From IMG/VR virus record IMGVR_UViG_3300045988_015372, positions 1-42,180 of that record: DNA of 42,180 nt. One strand, 5' to 3'. Below are positions 1-11,300 of this stretch, in pieces. The stretch's first letter is position 1, and each line of letters starts with the position of its first letter. Under the pieces are notes generated by a model that saw nothing but the letters and a program-made list of their open reading frames with translations, did no database searches and had not been told where the DNA came from. Made by a program: the position numbers and the translations under genes. This stretch comes from a virus.

Positions 1-80
1 AGGGCCGCAGGGCGCGCAGGGTGTGAAGGGCGACACCGGCGCGCAAGGTCCGACAGGTGCGCAGGGACCCACCGGGCCGA
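1..80. repeat. Terminal direct repeat, identical to 42101..42180 (circular-closure overlap)
   Basis: All 80 bases are identical to the last 80 bases of the window. The reading frame of the fiber gene is continuous across the junction. Confidence 0.9.
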
Positions 81-1144
81 AAGGCGCGACCGGCGCGAAG
101 GGCGACACCGGCGCGACCGGCCCGCAGGGCAAGGGGTTACAGATCCTCGGCTACTATGCAACGCTCGATGCGCTAACTGCCGCCGTCACAAGCCCTGCTG
201 CCGGGGATGCCTATGGCGTCGGCACGGCGGAACCTTACAATATCTACGTGTGGGATGGCGTTGGCAACACGTGGGTGAACAACGGCACAGCGGTCGGCGT
301 GGAAGGGAATTATCTGGCGAAGGAAAACCCCACCGGTACAGGAGACTTGACATTGCTTCGCTGTAATCGGGTTACAATAAGCACCTATGCTCCGGAAGAG
401 GCCACCGGGGAAAATTCTTTTTTGTTCGGCAATTCCGAGGCTTATGCCGCCTCCGGGAGAGAATGTGTAGCGTTCAATGGAGACGCACGCGCAAACTACT
501 CTTTTACAGCGGGCGGCGTTGTCGGGAAATATGCAGACTATGGCTTTGCTGGCCCGGACTCATCCGTTTACGGTTCGAACTCCACTGCGTTTGGTATATT
601 AAACTCGGTTGAGGTAGCGGGACAAACTGCGATTGGTGCATATTGTATTGTGGAAGCGAAAACAAAAAGGCGACTCCCATCGTACACTAATCGAGAGGGA
701 TCGTGGTGCGGTAAGAATCTATTCGTAATCGGCAATGGTACGGGGTGGAGTGAAAGACATAATGCGTTTGAGGTGGATTGGGACGGAAACGTCTGGGCGC
801 AGGGCAGTCTGGAGGGCACCGCGCTGATCTTAAAGTCCAGCACGGCGGGATCGGAAAAGCGGTTTGTGATCAGGGTCAATGACGAAGGCCAACTGTCGGC
901 ACAGGACATTGACACACTGAATCTTGTGATGACGGTGAACGTGCCAAGCGGGAAAACGCTGTCGGCTGTAAAGGATCTTTACACCGAAGAGGAAATCACA
1001 GCGATTTCCGGGCAGGAGAAGCAATATCCTGTGAAATACGGACGCTCGTATTATGTGGAATATTCGTATCAATACTCTGGCCAGACGTACACTGGGAGAA
1101 AACTGGTATGCAATGTGACAGACAACATTACTGTGAACATTTGA
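1..1144 (+). CDS. Collagen-like fiber protein, C-terminal portion; continues from the ORF open at the window end (40338..42180)
   Basis: Frame is open from base 2, and the same frame is open at the window end. Gly-X-Y triplets are followed by a YYATxxALxAAVTxPxxGDAYGVGTAEPYxIYxxDGVxxxWVNNG motif and a ~300-aa non-repetitive C-terminal head domain. Stop TGA at 1142-1144. Confidence 0.8.
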   Translation, partial: GPQGAQGVKGDTGAQGPTGAQGPTGPKGATGAKGDTGATGPQGKGLQILGYYATLDALTAAVTSPAAGDAYGVGTAEPYNIYVWDGVGNTWVNNGTAVGVEGNYLAKENPTGTGDLTLLRCNRVTISTYAPEEATGENSFLFGNSEAYAASGRECVAFNGDARANYSFTAGGVVGKYADYGFAGPDSSVYGSNSTAFGILNSVEVAGQTAIGAYCIVEAKTKRRLPSYTNREGSWCGKNLFVIGNGTGWSERHNAFEVDWDGNVWAQGSLEGTALILKSSTAGSEKRFVIRVNDEGQLSAQDIDTLNLVMTVNVPSGKTLSAVKDLYTEEEITAISGQEKQYPVKYGRSYYVEYSYQYSGQTYTGRKLVCNVTDNITVNI

Positions 1145-1229
1145 CGGCCTGATCGGGACAGGCATAAAAAACCGCCATTCGGCGGAAATTGACAAGGCGG
1201 CATTTTCACGCCGGGAAAGGAAGTAAGAA

Positions 1230-1535
1230 ATGGACGATGGAATTGATGGAATTCAGGCAAAGATCGTGGAGATCGAGCAGCGATCCAAGAGCAACACGCA
1301 CCGCATCAACGACTTAGAGGAGGACAACCGGGCACTGCATCAGTTGGCGACCTCGGTAGAGGTGCTGGCGACGAAGCAGGAGACGATTGAGGCCAATATC
1401 AGCGAGATCAAAGACGATGTCAAGAGCCTCAAGGCCATTCCTGGCGGAAAATGGGAGGCGCTGGTCAAGACCATTCTGACGGCTCTGGCGGGCGGACTTG
1501 TGGCCTATGCGTTATTCAGATTGGGGTTGAGCTGA
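1230..1535 (+). CDS. XhlA-like protein: N-terminal coiled coil plus C-terminal transmembrane helix
   Basis: RBS AAAGGAAG precedes the ATG. The 101-aa product has a heptad-rich N-terminal half and a hydrophobic C-terminus (ILTALAGGLVAYALFRLGL). This architecture matches the haemolysin XhlA family (established knowledge). Confidence 0.55.
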   Translation: MDDGIDGIQAKIVEIEQRSKSNTHRINDLEEDNRALHQLATSVEVLATKQETIEANISEIKDDVKSLKAIPGGKWEALVKTILTALAGGLVAYALFRLGLS

Positions 1536-1536
1536 C

Positions 1537-2433
1537 ATGCCGGGGAATATTCTGAGCGCGGACACGCAGTTTCCGAACTTTGCGGGGCAGGAAAGCCCCG
1601 CAGAGCAGATCAGGACGATCCGAAATTACCTCTACATGCTGCTGGAACAGCTGCGGTATACGCTGAACAACCTCGACGCCGGGAACTTCAACACCGAAGG
1701 ACTGAAAGAGATTCAGGATGCGATCTCGCAGCCGATTTTGAAGCAGCTCTCTGACACGGACGGGAATCTCGCAGAGCTTCAGTTTACGGCGGCGGGCCTC
1801 GCCTCCCGCGTGAGCAGCAACGAGGGCGATATTTCGCAGCTGGAGCAGACGGCGCAGGGACTGAGCAGCCGCGTCGGGGATGCGGAGGGCAATATCTCGT
1901 CCTTGCAGCAGACCGCGAACGGGCTTTCTTCCAGAGTGTCCAGCGCCGAAGGGAATATCTCTTCCCTTCAGCAGACCGCGAACGGGCTTTCTTCCCGCGT
2001 GAGCAATGCAGAGGGGAGCATTTCAAGTCTGAGCCAGACGGCCAGCGGACTGGAGACGCGCGTTGCAAACGCCGAAGGGGCCGTCTCCACGGTGAGCCAG
2101 AAGGTGAACGGCGTGACCGTCACGACCGGGTACGGACAAACCTTCTTGGCGGGCGACCGGATCGTCATGTCATCGAACGTCAACAACTACATGGCGATTG
2201 GGGCGAATGGCCTCGAAGTGTGGATCAACGGTATGATGAAGGCCCTGATTGGGCAGACATACGGAGCGGACAACTATTCTGTGATCCTCGGCAACACAAA
2301 TCCGGCAGTCGTTCAGAAGATTTATGACGGCAGCAATCTGATGTGGGTCGGAAACGAGGCAAAAACGTGCGGAATTATGTTTAATTTCAGCGCTGGAACA
2401 TATCAATTCTATGGAACGAAGGTGGGAACATGA
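1537..2433 (+). CDS. Virion/fiber-associated protein with about six 20-aa tandem repeats (SSRVxxAEGNISSLQQTANGL)
   Basis: Start overlaps the upstream stop (TGAcATG). The repeats are 60 bp at nucleotide level, between about 1790 and 2110. Confidence 0.6.
   Translation: MPGNILSADTQFPNFAGQESPAEQIRTIRNYLYMLLEQLRYTLNNLDAGNFNTEGLKEIQDAISQPILKQLSDTDGNLAELQFTAAGLASRVSSNEGDISQLEQTAQGLSSRVGDAEGNISSLQQTANGLSSRVSSAEGNISSLQQTANGLSSRVSNAEGSISSLSQTASGLETRVANAEGAVSTVSQKVNGVTVTTGYGQTFLAGDRIVMSSNVNNYMAIGANGLEVWINGMMKALIGQTYGADNYSVILGNTNPAVVQKIYDGSNLMWVGNEAKTCGIMFNFSAGTYQFYGTKVGT
1790..2110 (+). repeat. About 5-6 tandem copies of a 60-bp repeat inside CDS 1537..2433
   Basis: The unit ...gcagcagaccgcgaacgggctttcttcc... 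recurs directly, and the encoded 20-aa unit repeats with it. Confidence 0.7.
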
Positions 2434-4025
2434 GTTTTACACTACCGGCAATGAGCTATGCGGACGGCATCAAGAAGTTTTCGACGGTGCAGTTTGGCGG
2501 ATATAACCACAATTTAGGCTATGGCGACGGGACGATCTGGGACGAGAAGAACATGACGAGCGATCTCTTCCCGATCCTCTCCCCCAGAAAGGCCCGGTAT
2601 CTGCGGAGGACTTTGACAGCGTTTCATGGGATGTACGCCCACGACGGACTTTACTATGTGGATGGGACGACGCTCTATCTTGACGGGGCAGCAAAGCTGA
2701 CCGGTCTTTCAGACACGGAGAAGGTCATGGCGAACCTCGGGGCCTATCTGGTGATTTTGCCGGACAAGGTGTGGTACAACCGCCTCGACGGAAGCCACGG
2801 GAACATTGAGCAGAGCGTGTTGAACAAGGCATGCACCATCAAAAACGGAACGTATGGCGGCGAGGCCGCCGACGCAAACACCATTGTGTGTGACAGCGTA
2901 AACTTCGAGAATTACTTCAAGGCCGGGGATGCGATCTCCATCACAGGTGCGACAAAGCATCCTGAGAACAACACCGGCGAGGGCGTCTATCTGGTCGTCC
3001 GGGAGGTGGACGGGCATGAGCTGCGGTTCTATGAGAACACGTTCACCATTGCTGAAAACGGCGACACGGAGACGTTGAGCTTCAAGCGCGAAATGCCGGA
3101 TCTGGAGTTCCTCTGCGAGAACGAAAACCGGCTGTGGGGCTGCAAGGGAAACACGATCTACGCCTCGAAGCTGGGCGACGTGAGAAACTGGAACGTGTTT
3201 GACGGACTGGCCTCGGATTCCTACGCGGCGAGCGTGGGCAGCGAGGGTGATTTCACAGGATGTGTGAGCTATCTCGGCTATCCCTGCTTCTTCAAGGAGG
3301 AATCCATCTACAAGGTCTACGGCTCGAAGCCGAGCAACTTTCAGGTGATGGGAAGCGCAAATCTCGGCGTGGCGAAGGGCAGCGGACAGAGTCTCGCGGT
3401 CGCTGGGGAGACGTTGTTCTATCTGTCCCGCGCGGGGATCGTGGCCTATTCGGGCGGAATACCGCAGAACATTTCCGCCGCGTTCGGCACAGACCGGTAT
3501 CAGAACGCCGTGGGCGGCTCTGACGGGCGGAAATACTACGTCAGCATGAAAGGCTCTGACGGCTGGCGCATCTTCGTGTATGACACGGAAAAGAGCATGT
3601 GGAACGCCGAGGACGGCACAGAGGCGCAAGGCTTTGAATGGAGCGGCGGCGAGCTTTACATGGCGGCGGGCGGGAAACTCTGGGTATGCGGAAATCCGAT
3701 CTCCGCGACGGGGGTGAAAGAGGATTCCGTTTCTGCTATGGTGGAGTTTGGGGATTTCATTGAGAGCAGTCCGAATAAAAAGGGACACGGGAAGGTGCAG
3801 ATCCGCGTAGAGCTGGAGGCCGGGGCGGAACTGAGCCTTTCCCAGCAGTTTGACAGCAATGGGACGTGGGTCTTGGTGAAGAAGCTGACGGCGACTGCGA
3901 AGCGGAGCTATTACCTCTCTACCCTGCCCCGCAGATGCGACCATTTCAAAATCAAGCTTGAAGGAACCGGCGTATGGCGGCTTTATTCGCTGGTGCGCGA
4001 GAGCTACATCGGCAGCGAATTATAA
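2430..4025 (+). CDS. Hypothetical virion structural protein (531 aa)
   Basis: ATGA overlap with the upstream gene. Long ORF with genome-typical GC3-rich codon usage. No recognisable motif. Confidence 0.6.
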   Translation: MSFTLPAMSYADGIKKFSTVQFGGYNHNLGYGDGTIWDEKNMTSDLFPILSPRKARYLRRTLTAFHGMYAHDGLYYVDGTTLYLDGAAKLTGLSDTEKVMANLGAYLVILPDKVWYNRLDGSHGNIEQSVLNKACTIKNGTYGGEAADANTIVCDSVNFENYFKAGDAISITGATKHPENNTGEGVYLVVREVDGHELRFYENTFTIAENGDTETLSFKREMPDLEFLCENENRLWGCKGNTIYASKLGDVRNWNVFDGLASDSYAASVGSEGDFTGCVSYLGYPCFFKEESIYKVYGSKPSNFQVMGSANLGVAKGSGQSLAVAGETLFYLSRAGIVAYSGGIPQNISAAFGTDRYQNAVGGSDGRKYYVSMKGSDGWRIFVYDTEKSMWNAEDGTEAQGFEWSGGELYMAAGGKLWVCGNPISATGVKEDSVSAMVEFGDFIESSPNKKGHGKVQIRVELEAGAELSLSQQFDSNGTWVLVKKLTATAKRSYYLSTLPRRCDHFKIKLEGTGVWRLYSLVRESYIGSEL

Positions 4026-4036
4026 GGAGGCGAACT

Positions 4037-5338
4037 ATGGCAAGACTGAAACAATATGACGAACAGGCGCTGATCGACCGCAGTCAATACGGCGGGAGCA
4101 CCTTTGACCAGCAGCATTTTACAGACGATGAGCTGCGCGCGGCGGCACAGGCCAGAGAAGCCTATCGCACCGGCCAGACCGACATGAAAAGCGCACATGA
4201 TTTCGTGGAAGGTATCCGCAGCAAGTACGGCTATTCCGGCGGCGGGAACGGCAGCCAGTATAACAAGATCAGCTACACCCAGCAGACCAACCAGTGGAAC
4301 GACACAATCAATGCGCTGTGGGATCAGGTCAACGGTTACGGCCCGTTTCAGGATACGCGGGAAAAGCCGACGTATTCCAACCGGTATGACCAGCAGATCA
4401 ATGACCTCTTGCAGCAGTATGTGAACCGGGGAAAATTCAGCTACGATTACAAAAACGATCCGCTGTATGCAAATTACCGGAAGCAATACCAGCGAGAGGG
4501 CCAGAGGGCCACACAGGACGCGCTTGCGGAAGCTGCGGCGGCGTCCGGCGGGATTCCGTCGAGCTATGCGGCGAGTGCGGCGGCACAGGCACAGAATTAC
4601 TACGCTTCTCAGATTGCCGACAAGATCCCGGAGCTGGAACGGCTGGCCTATCAGAAGTATCTGGACGACGCGAACTTGCAGCAGAGCAAGATCAGCGCGC
4701 TTCAGGGGCAGGAACAGCTGGACTATGCGAAGTACATTGACGCGCTCGGCCAGTACAACACAGACCGGAACTTTGATTACGGCGTGTATTCTGACCGCTA
4801 CAACCAGATTGCGAACAACCTCGGCCTCGCGGCCAACCAGCAGAGCACGCAGTATTCGATGGAGACGGCGGCGCAGGGCGACGCGCTGGATCGTGTGCAG
4901 AACTTCTTAAAGGCCGGCGGAAAGCTGGCCGATCTCGATGCGACCCTGATCGCACGTTCCGGCTTGACACCCGCAGAGCTGAAAACCTACGAGGCGTACT
5001 ACGCGAATCAGCCTTCTGGCGGCACCGGCGGTTCTGGCGGAAGAGGCGGAAGAGGCGGAAGCGACGGCAGCGAAGAAGAAACAACGCGGCAAACCGGCAA
5101 GGGCTATATTGACAACACCTACAACAGAGGCGGCGCGGGCGGCATCCAGTCGAAGACCTATGACCAGCTGAAGCGCGGCATGTATGAGTGGATCGCATTG
5201 GGACGGAAAGACAAGGCGTATGAACTGTTTCAGGGCATTGTCCATCAGCTCAATCTTGGCAATTCGAAGGGCAAAAAGCAGTATAACGAATTGGCGAGCA
5301 TCCTGAACGATGCAGGATTTGGAATTCCGTTGGAATAA
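4037..5338 (+). CDS. Hypothetical virion protein, Q/N/Y-rich with a GGSGGRGGRGG low-complexity segment
   Basis: RBS TAAGGAGG sits 7 nt before ATG 4037. The ORF track start at 3974 lies inside the upstream gene and was rejected. Confidence 0.6.
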   Translation: MARLKQYDEQALIDRSQYGGSTFDQQHFTDDELRAAAQAREAYRTGQTDMKSAHDFVEGIRSKYGYSGGGNGSQYNKISYTQQTNQWNDTINALWDQVNGYGPFQDTREKPTYSNRYDQQINDLLQQYVNRGKFSYDYKNDPLYANYRKQYQREGQRATQDALAEAAAASGGIPSSYAASAAAQAQNYYASQIADKIPELERLAYQKYLDDANLQQSKISALQGQEQLDYAKYIDALGQYNTDRNFDYGVYSDRYNQIANNLGLAANQQSTQYSMETAAQGDALDRVQNFLKAGGKLADLDATLIARSGLTPAELKTYEAYYANQPSGGTGGSGGRGGRGGSDGSEEETTRQTGKGYIDNTYNRGGAGGIQSKTYDQLKRGMYEWIALGRKDKAYELFQGIVHQLNLGNSKGKKQYNELASILNDAGFGIPLE

Positions 5339-5347
5339 GGAGGCACT

Positions 5348-8300
5348 ATGGCAAAGTGGAAACGGAGCGGCGCGGATGCTCTGCGGGAATATGAACAGTC
5401 CAGCAACTATGTCGGAAGCATCGGCGTAACACCACTGAATGAAAGAAGCACGTCTGAGGCCGGAGGAAAGTGGAAGCGGAGCGGGGCTGACGCGCTGCGC
5501 GAATATGAGCAGTCCAGCAGCTTCCCGCAGACCCTTCAGGTGCGGAAATATAACGCGGAAGATCGGAACTATGACCAGTTCGCGGCTGAAAGGTACTCCG
5601 CGCAGGTGAACGCGCAGCGCCGTGACACGAACCGGCACTATCAGGAACAGGTCAACGCAGCGGCACAGGCTTTTGACAATTACCGCCGTTACAGTTCGTC
5701 CGGAGCGGCCAAGAACGCGGCACATCAGAACTATGAAGATGCAAAGTACCGGCAGGAACTCGCCCGGCAGCAGATGAGCGGGAGGCGGCTGACAGAAAGC
5801 GAGAAACATTTTCTGGAGAACCCGCGAAACATTGACCCGGACAGAGCGGCACGGGAAGAAGCGGCGAAGGAGCGTGCCTCCCTGCCGAAGCTGGAGAACG
5901 AAACAGAGGAAATGCGGCGGCAGCAGATCCTGGGCAGGCAGTCCGAAGACCTCCAGAAGCAGATCGACGCGCTGACGCAGCAGGAAGAGGAACGGCGCAA
6001 GAACACCAGCCTGTGGGAGAAGATCGGGCGCGCACTCTCCCCGATCCGCTCGTTCCGGCAGGAAGAGAACGACGCAGAGGATGCTATTTCCAAACTACAG
6101 GAGCGGAAAGCCGAAGTCGACCGGCAGTATCAGATGGACGCGAACCAGTACAAGGTCTATCAGACATATCAGAAATCGGAGCGTCCGGAAGCGTACACAG
6201 CGGAGAATGTCGGAAATTACAAGCAGCGTCTGGCGGCACTGGCGAGCGTCTACGGGACGTGGACAAAGGAGCAGGAGCAGGAGGCGAAGGAAGCCATTGG
6301 AACGCAGAGCGGCGGGACGGGACTTCTGAGTGCAGAGAAAAACGTCTGGGCGTTTGCGCCGTATCAGGAAGCCGTGCGCAAAAACGACACGGAATCTGCC
6401 CGGCAGTGGGAGCAGATCTACAACGCACTCTATACGCGGCTTTACTCCGGACAGGAAGCTGTCACAAGTGGCCTGATGCAGGGCCTTGGATTTGAGGCGC
6501 TTGGAGACGTGCTGCTTCATACCTCCACGGAAATGGCGGACGAGGCGTATGAGAGATGGGCGGAGCAGAAGCAGAACTACGCCTATGCGCAGTCGGAACA
6601 CCCGTATCTTGCGAGCGGCGCGCGCGTTGCCGGTTCTCTGGCGCTGATGAGCGGCGTCGGCAAAGCGGCGGGCGCGGGGTTGGCTGCGACGGGATTGAAG
6701 ACCGGCAGCTTCTGGTTCAACGTGGCGCGCGGATCGCTGACGTTTGCGGGTGTAAACGCGATCCAGAATTCCGGTGCGCTGGCGACCGGGAACATCAGCG
6801 GCGGCGATTATTTGAAGAGCATCGCTGTGAGCGGCGCACAGGGCGCAGCGGGCAACATCGCGGGTGAGCTTGTCGGATCTGGACTTGCTACCGTGCTTCG
6901 CAAGAACGGCCTCATGACGCCGTTCTTCGAGTTCGTGCGTCAGACGGCCAGCAGCATGAGCAATGCGACGGTCAACCAGGCAATCGGATACGCGGCGGCG
7001 GACAAAAAGCCGACCGGGCAGGAGATCGCCGAAGGGCTTGTGACGTCCTTCCTGTTCAGCGCACTCAGCAGCGCGATTTCGACCTATGAGACGACGAACG
7101 CGCAGAAAGCGCGGATGCAGCAAGCCTATAACCAGATCGAGGCCAGCTATCAGGCGATGGCGGCGGGGACGGAGAACATGACGCCGGAGGCAAAGGCCCA
7201 GCGCGTGCAGCTCATTCTACAGCAGACGCAGAACCTCCGCGCGGCGACGGGCGAATATTACATCGCGGGCCAGCAGAAGGCCGTCAACAACCTCAACTCT
7301 GCGCTGGATGCGATTGAGGATTGGGCAAACAACTATCTGAATGGCTATCAGGCGGCAGCCGACGCCATGCAGCCCAAGACCGCGCTTCCGGGCGGCACGA
7401 CCGGACAGATCCCGAGTGCGCCGGCACAGCCTCCGGTCGACCCGAATCTGACGCAGGATGTCGCAAACGGCCTTCAGACCGCGATCACGCAGGGCGTGAT
7501 TCAGGCGGACACGCCGCAGCCCATGACGGGCGGAGACGCAGCGGCGGGCGCGGCACAGTCTGTAAGTCAGAATCTTCAGGCGCGGGGGCTGGACGCAAAA
7601 ACTGCGGATGCACTTGTGAAAGCGGCGACGGAAATGCAACAGGAGGCCGCGTCTGCGCCGTCAGGCTGGCAGAACGCCGCTCCCACGGAAACGGTCGCCC
7701 CGAAGCAGAACGCCGCGCAGACGCCCGCACAGGACGCGCAGGAAAGCACCGCCGTGAACACGAACCCGGCAGAGCACACAAAGGCGGAACAGGCCGTGAT
7801 CGAAGCATACAAGGCCAGTGCAGATGGGCAAATGCGCGGGTTCATCGAGAAGGTGCGCTCCCTGCAAAACAACGACTACAAAAATAAAATCAGCGCGGAC
7901 GTTCACACAGAAACGACACGCGCTGCGGACACCGCCGGAGAGCTGACCGGAACAGATACAAGCGGATTCAAAAATATCATCAAGGGGAACGCGGTACAGC
8001 ACATCGACAGGCGGCACGGTGCAAACGGAAGCGCAGATCATTCAATGGCAAACATTGATGATTTTTCTCGCATTGGGTTTGTACTGGACAACTTTACCGA
8101 TGCGGAGCTTTTACCGTTGAATCGCGTGGATGCGGAGACTGCAAAGCTGAGCCGGGAATGGATGAACAGCGACAACACGCAAGCGCCGCTTGTACGTTTC
8201 TCCATGCCGGTGAACGGTGTGTTCTATGTGGTCGAAGCGGTACCGTCCAGTAAGGCAAAGCGTCTGGCCGTCGTATCGGCGTACATCAGCAGGGAAAACA

Positions 8301-11300
8301 AAGAGAGCACCCTCAAGCAAGTGCTGAACCTGTCTGACACGACCGGCAGCGGTACGCCCGAAACGCCCCTTGCAATATTGGATGCTCCTGAAAAAAGCTT
8401 AGCACAAAACGGCGGAACTGTCAAGCAGACGGACGCGAGCACATTGTCTTCGATGGCGCAGACGCTTGGGAAGAGCGGGCAGAAAGCGATCTTCAAGGCA
8501 TACGACAGCAAGGCGGACACGGCGGAATACGCCGGGGAGTTTGTGAAGGTCTACAATGCGGCACGTGCCGGGAATGACCTTCCCGAGACGAAGACGTTAG
8601 AACCGTGGCAGAAGTACGCGGCGGAAACCGCCGGAAAGAATGACGCTGAAAAGGTTGAATCTATTGCGAAGAGCGAAAAACCGGCGTATACTGAGGACAA
8701 AAACAGCGTGCAATATGTCTCTTCCCTGCTTGAAAGCGTGAACACGGCCAACACGGACAATTACCGCTTCCGGATTCAGGATCGCGGTGACGGACAGTGG
8801 ATCGGGACGATCACGGGAAGGACGGAGACGGCCGGCACTGTTCCCGTGGAAAACGCACGGAAGCTGACATACACAAGTCCTACATATGCTTCGCGGCAGG
8901 AAGCTGTTGAAGACATTCTTGCGGTAGCTGGAAATAACAAACTTTTGACAGGAGGAACGAGCAATGAAATACAGAGCGTTTCTGACAGACAGGGAGTACC
9001 AGAGTCTTCCGTATCCGGGACAGGTGACGGCGGACTACTGGGCGGAGTTTCTGCCGAAGATGTGCAAAAGCCTGAAGGAGGAAGGCGAGCTGCTCCCGCT
9101 GTTGCAGCAGAAGGGGGAACGGCTGGCCGAGATGCAGGAAGACCTGATGAAACAGGGGCTGGCACAGGATCAGGCGTGGGAGTTCGTGAAGGAGGACATT
9201 TACAGCCTGCAACCGGAAGTGGACGAGGACACCGAGGCGTACAAGGAACGTCTCGAAGAGGAACTCCGGTATCAGTGGTTCATGTCACAGAGCGGGGCGG
9301 AGCGGGAGATTCCGTTCGAACAGTATCGGAAGAACCCGGAGAACATCGCACGGGCGAAGGAAATGATGGCGTACTGACGCCGGAAACGGCAAAGAAGCCA
9401 AGCGCAGACCTTTCGGCGACGGTTCAGCGGGAGATCAGGGAGAAGACGGCGGATTCCGTATCTCCGAAGGGCACGAACTACGTCATTCCGGAAGAGGGCC
9501 TGAAGCTGCCGAACGGCGAAAAGGCCCGCTATAAATCCAATGTTGCAGCCATTCAGACGCTTCGTGCGGTGATGAGCGAAAACCGTATGGCGACGCCGGA
9601 GGAACAGGCGGTGCTTGCGCGGTATGTTGGATGGGGCGGAATTCCGAACGCCTTTGACAGCCACAAGGAAGATTGGGCAAAGGAGTACCGGCAACTGAAG
9701 GGATTGCTCAGCGAATCGGAATGGAAAGCCGCGATGCAGTCCACGACGAACGCGCATTTCACGTCTGTGGAAGTGATCCGCGCGATGTATCACGGGCTTG
9801 AATCGCTTGGCTTTACGGGTGGCCGTGTGCTGGAACCGTCGTGCGGCGTCGGCAATTTTGCCGGGGCCATGCCCGCTTCCCTTTTGCCGAATGTGAAAAG
9901 CCTGACGATGGTGGAACTGGATGAAGTGACCGGCAACATTGCAAAGGCGCTTTATCCGAACGCGAAGGTCATGGTTCAGGGATTTGAAACGGCGGTGATC
10001 CCGGACAACTACATGGATCTCGCCATTGGCAATGTGCCGTTCGGGAACTATGCGATCTTCGACAAAGCCTATCCAAAGGCCGTGACAAACTCCATTCACA
10101 ACTATTTCTTCGCAAAGTCCATTGATAAGGTGCGTCCGGGCGGCGTACTGTGCTTTATCACGTCGCGCTATACGATGGATGCAAGAGACAGCTCCGTGCG
10201 CGAGTACATGATGCAGCGGGCCGACCTGCTCGGCGCGATCCGTCTGCCGGACACTGCGTTCAAGGCCAATGCCGGAACGGACGTTGTGACGGATATTCTG
10301 GTGTTTAAGAAGCGCCCGGCCGGAACAGCATACGCCGGAGAGACATTCCGTGACGTGGACTATTATCATCAGGATAAGGGCATTTGGGAGCAGACGAACG
10401 GATATTTCCGGAACCATCCGGAAATGGTGCTCGGCACGGTAGAGAAGTCTGGGACGATGTATCGCGCGAACGGACTGACCGTGAAAGCGAAGCCGGGAAA
10501 CCTCGGGAAGCAGATCGAAAAAGCGTTCTCGCAGATCACCGGACGCATGGACTACACGGCGAATCCGACGCAGGCCGAAATTCAGGCGGAAGTCCGCAAA
10601 GAAATCCGCTCGGCCAAGAGCAAGGCGAAGAACGGAAGTTTTGTTTCTGAGGGCGGAAAGCTGTATCAGAATCAGGACGGCGAGCTGGTGCGGCTGGATC
10701 TGAGCGCAAAACAGGCGGAAGTGCTTCAGAGCGCGATCTCTCTTCGGGATACCGGACGGGAACTGCTGGCCCTTCAATTTGACAACGCCCCGGCGGAGCA
10801 GATCGAGGCAGCGCGGGCAAAACTGAATGAAGTGTACGATAATTTCGTACAGAAAAACGGCCCAATGAACAATCCGGCAAACAAAAAAATCATCCAGCAG
10901 GATGCGGATGCGCCGTTCATCCTTGCGCTGGAAAACTATGACGCGAAAGCCAAGACAGCGGAAAAGGCCGCGATCTTTACGAAGAACACCATTACGCCAC
11001 ATGAGATCGTGAGCCACGTTGACACGGCTGCGGACGGCATTGCGGCGTCGATCAACGAGACGGGCGGCGTGGATATTCCGATGATTGCACGGCTTATGGG
11101 AACGGACGAGAAGGCCGTGGAGCGGCAGCTTGCGGCGCAGGGTCTGGCCTATAAGCAGGCGGACGAGAGCTGGCAGCCGGCGCAGATGTATCTTTCCGGC
11201 AACGTTCGGGCAAAGCTGAAAGAGGCGCGCGGTCTGGCGAACATCGACCCGGCGTATGAGACAAACGTAAAGGCGCTGGAGAAGGTCGTCCCGGCGGATA

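Noticed and set aside
1172-1185. A possible terminator hairpin ccgcc-attc-ggcgg between the fiber and the XhlA-like gene
   Set aside because: Only a 5-bp stem, and the T-run is on the wrong (minus) side for the + strand operon. Too weak to call.
3974-4036. An upstream start for ORF 3974..5338 as given in the ORF track
   Set aside because: The region lies inside the 2430..4025 gene. A TAAGGAGG RBS immediately precedes the in-frame ATG at 4037.
8946-9266. Programmed +1/-1 ribosomal frameshifting that joins the nested ORF into the giant protein
   Set aside because: It would need two compensating shifts within narrow windows bounded by stops (8946-8964 and before 9375). No slippery heptamer such as XXXYYYZ is obvious at either place. 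Kept only as a remote alternative in the finding.
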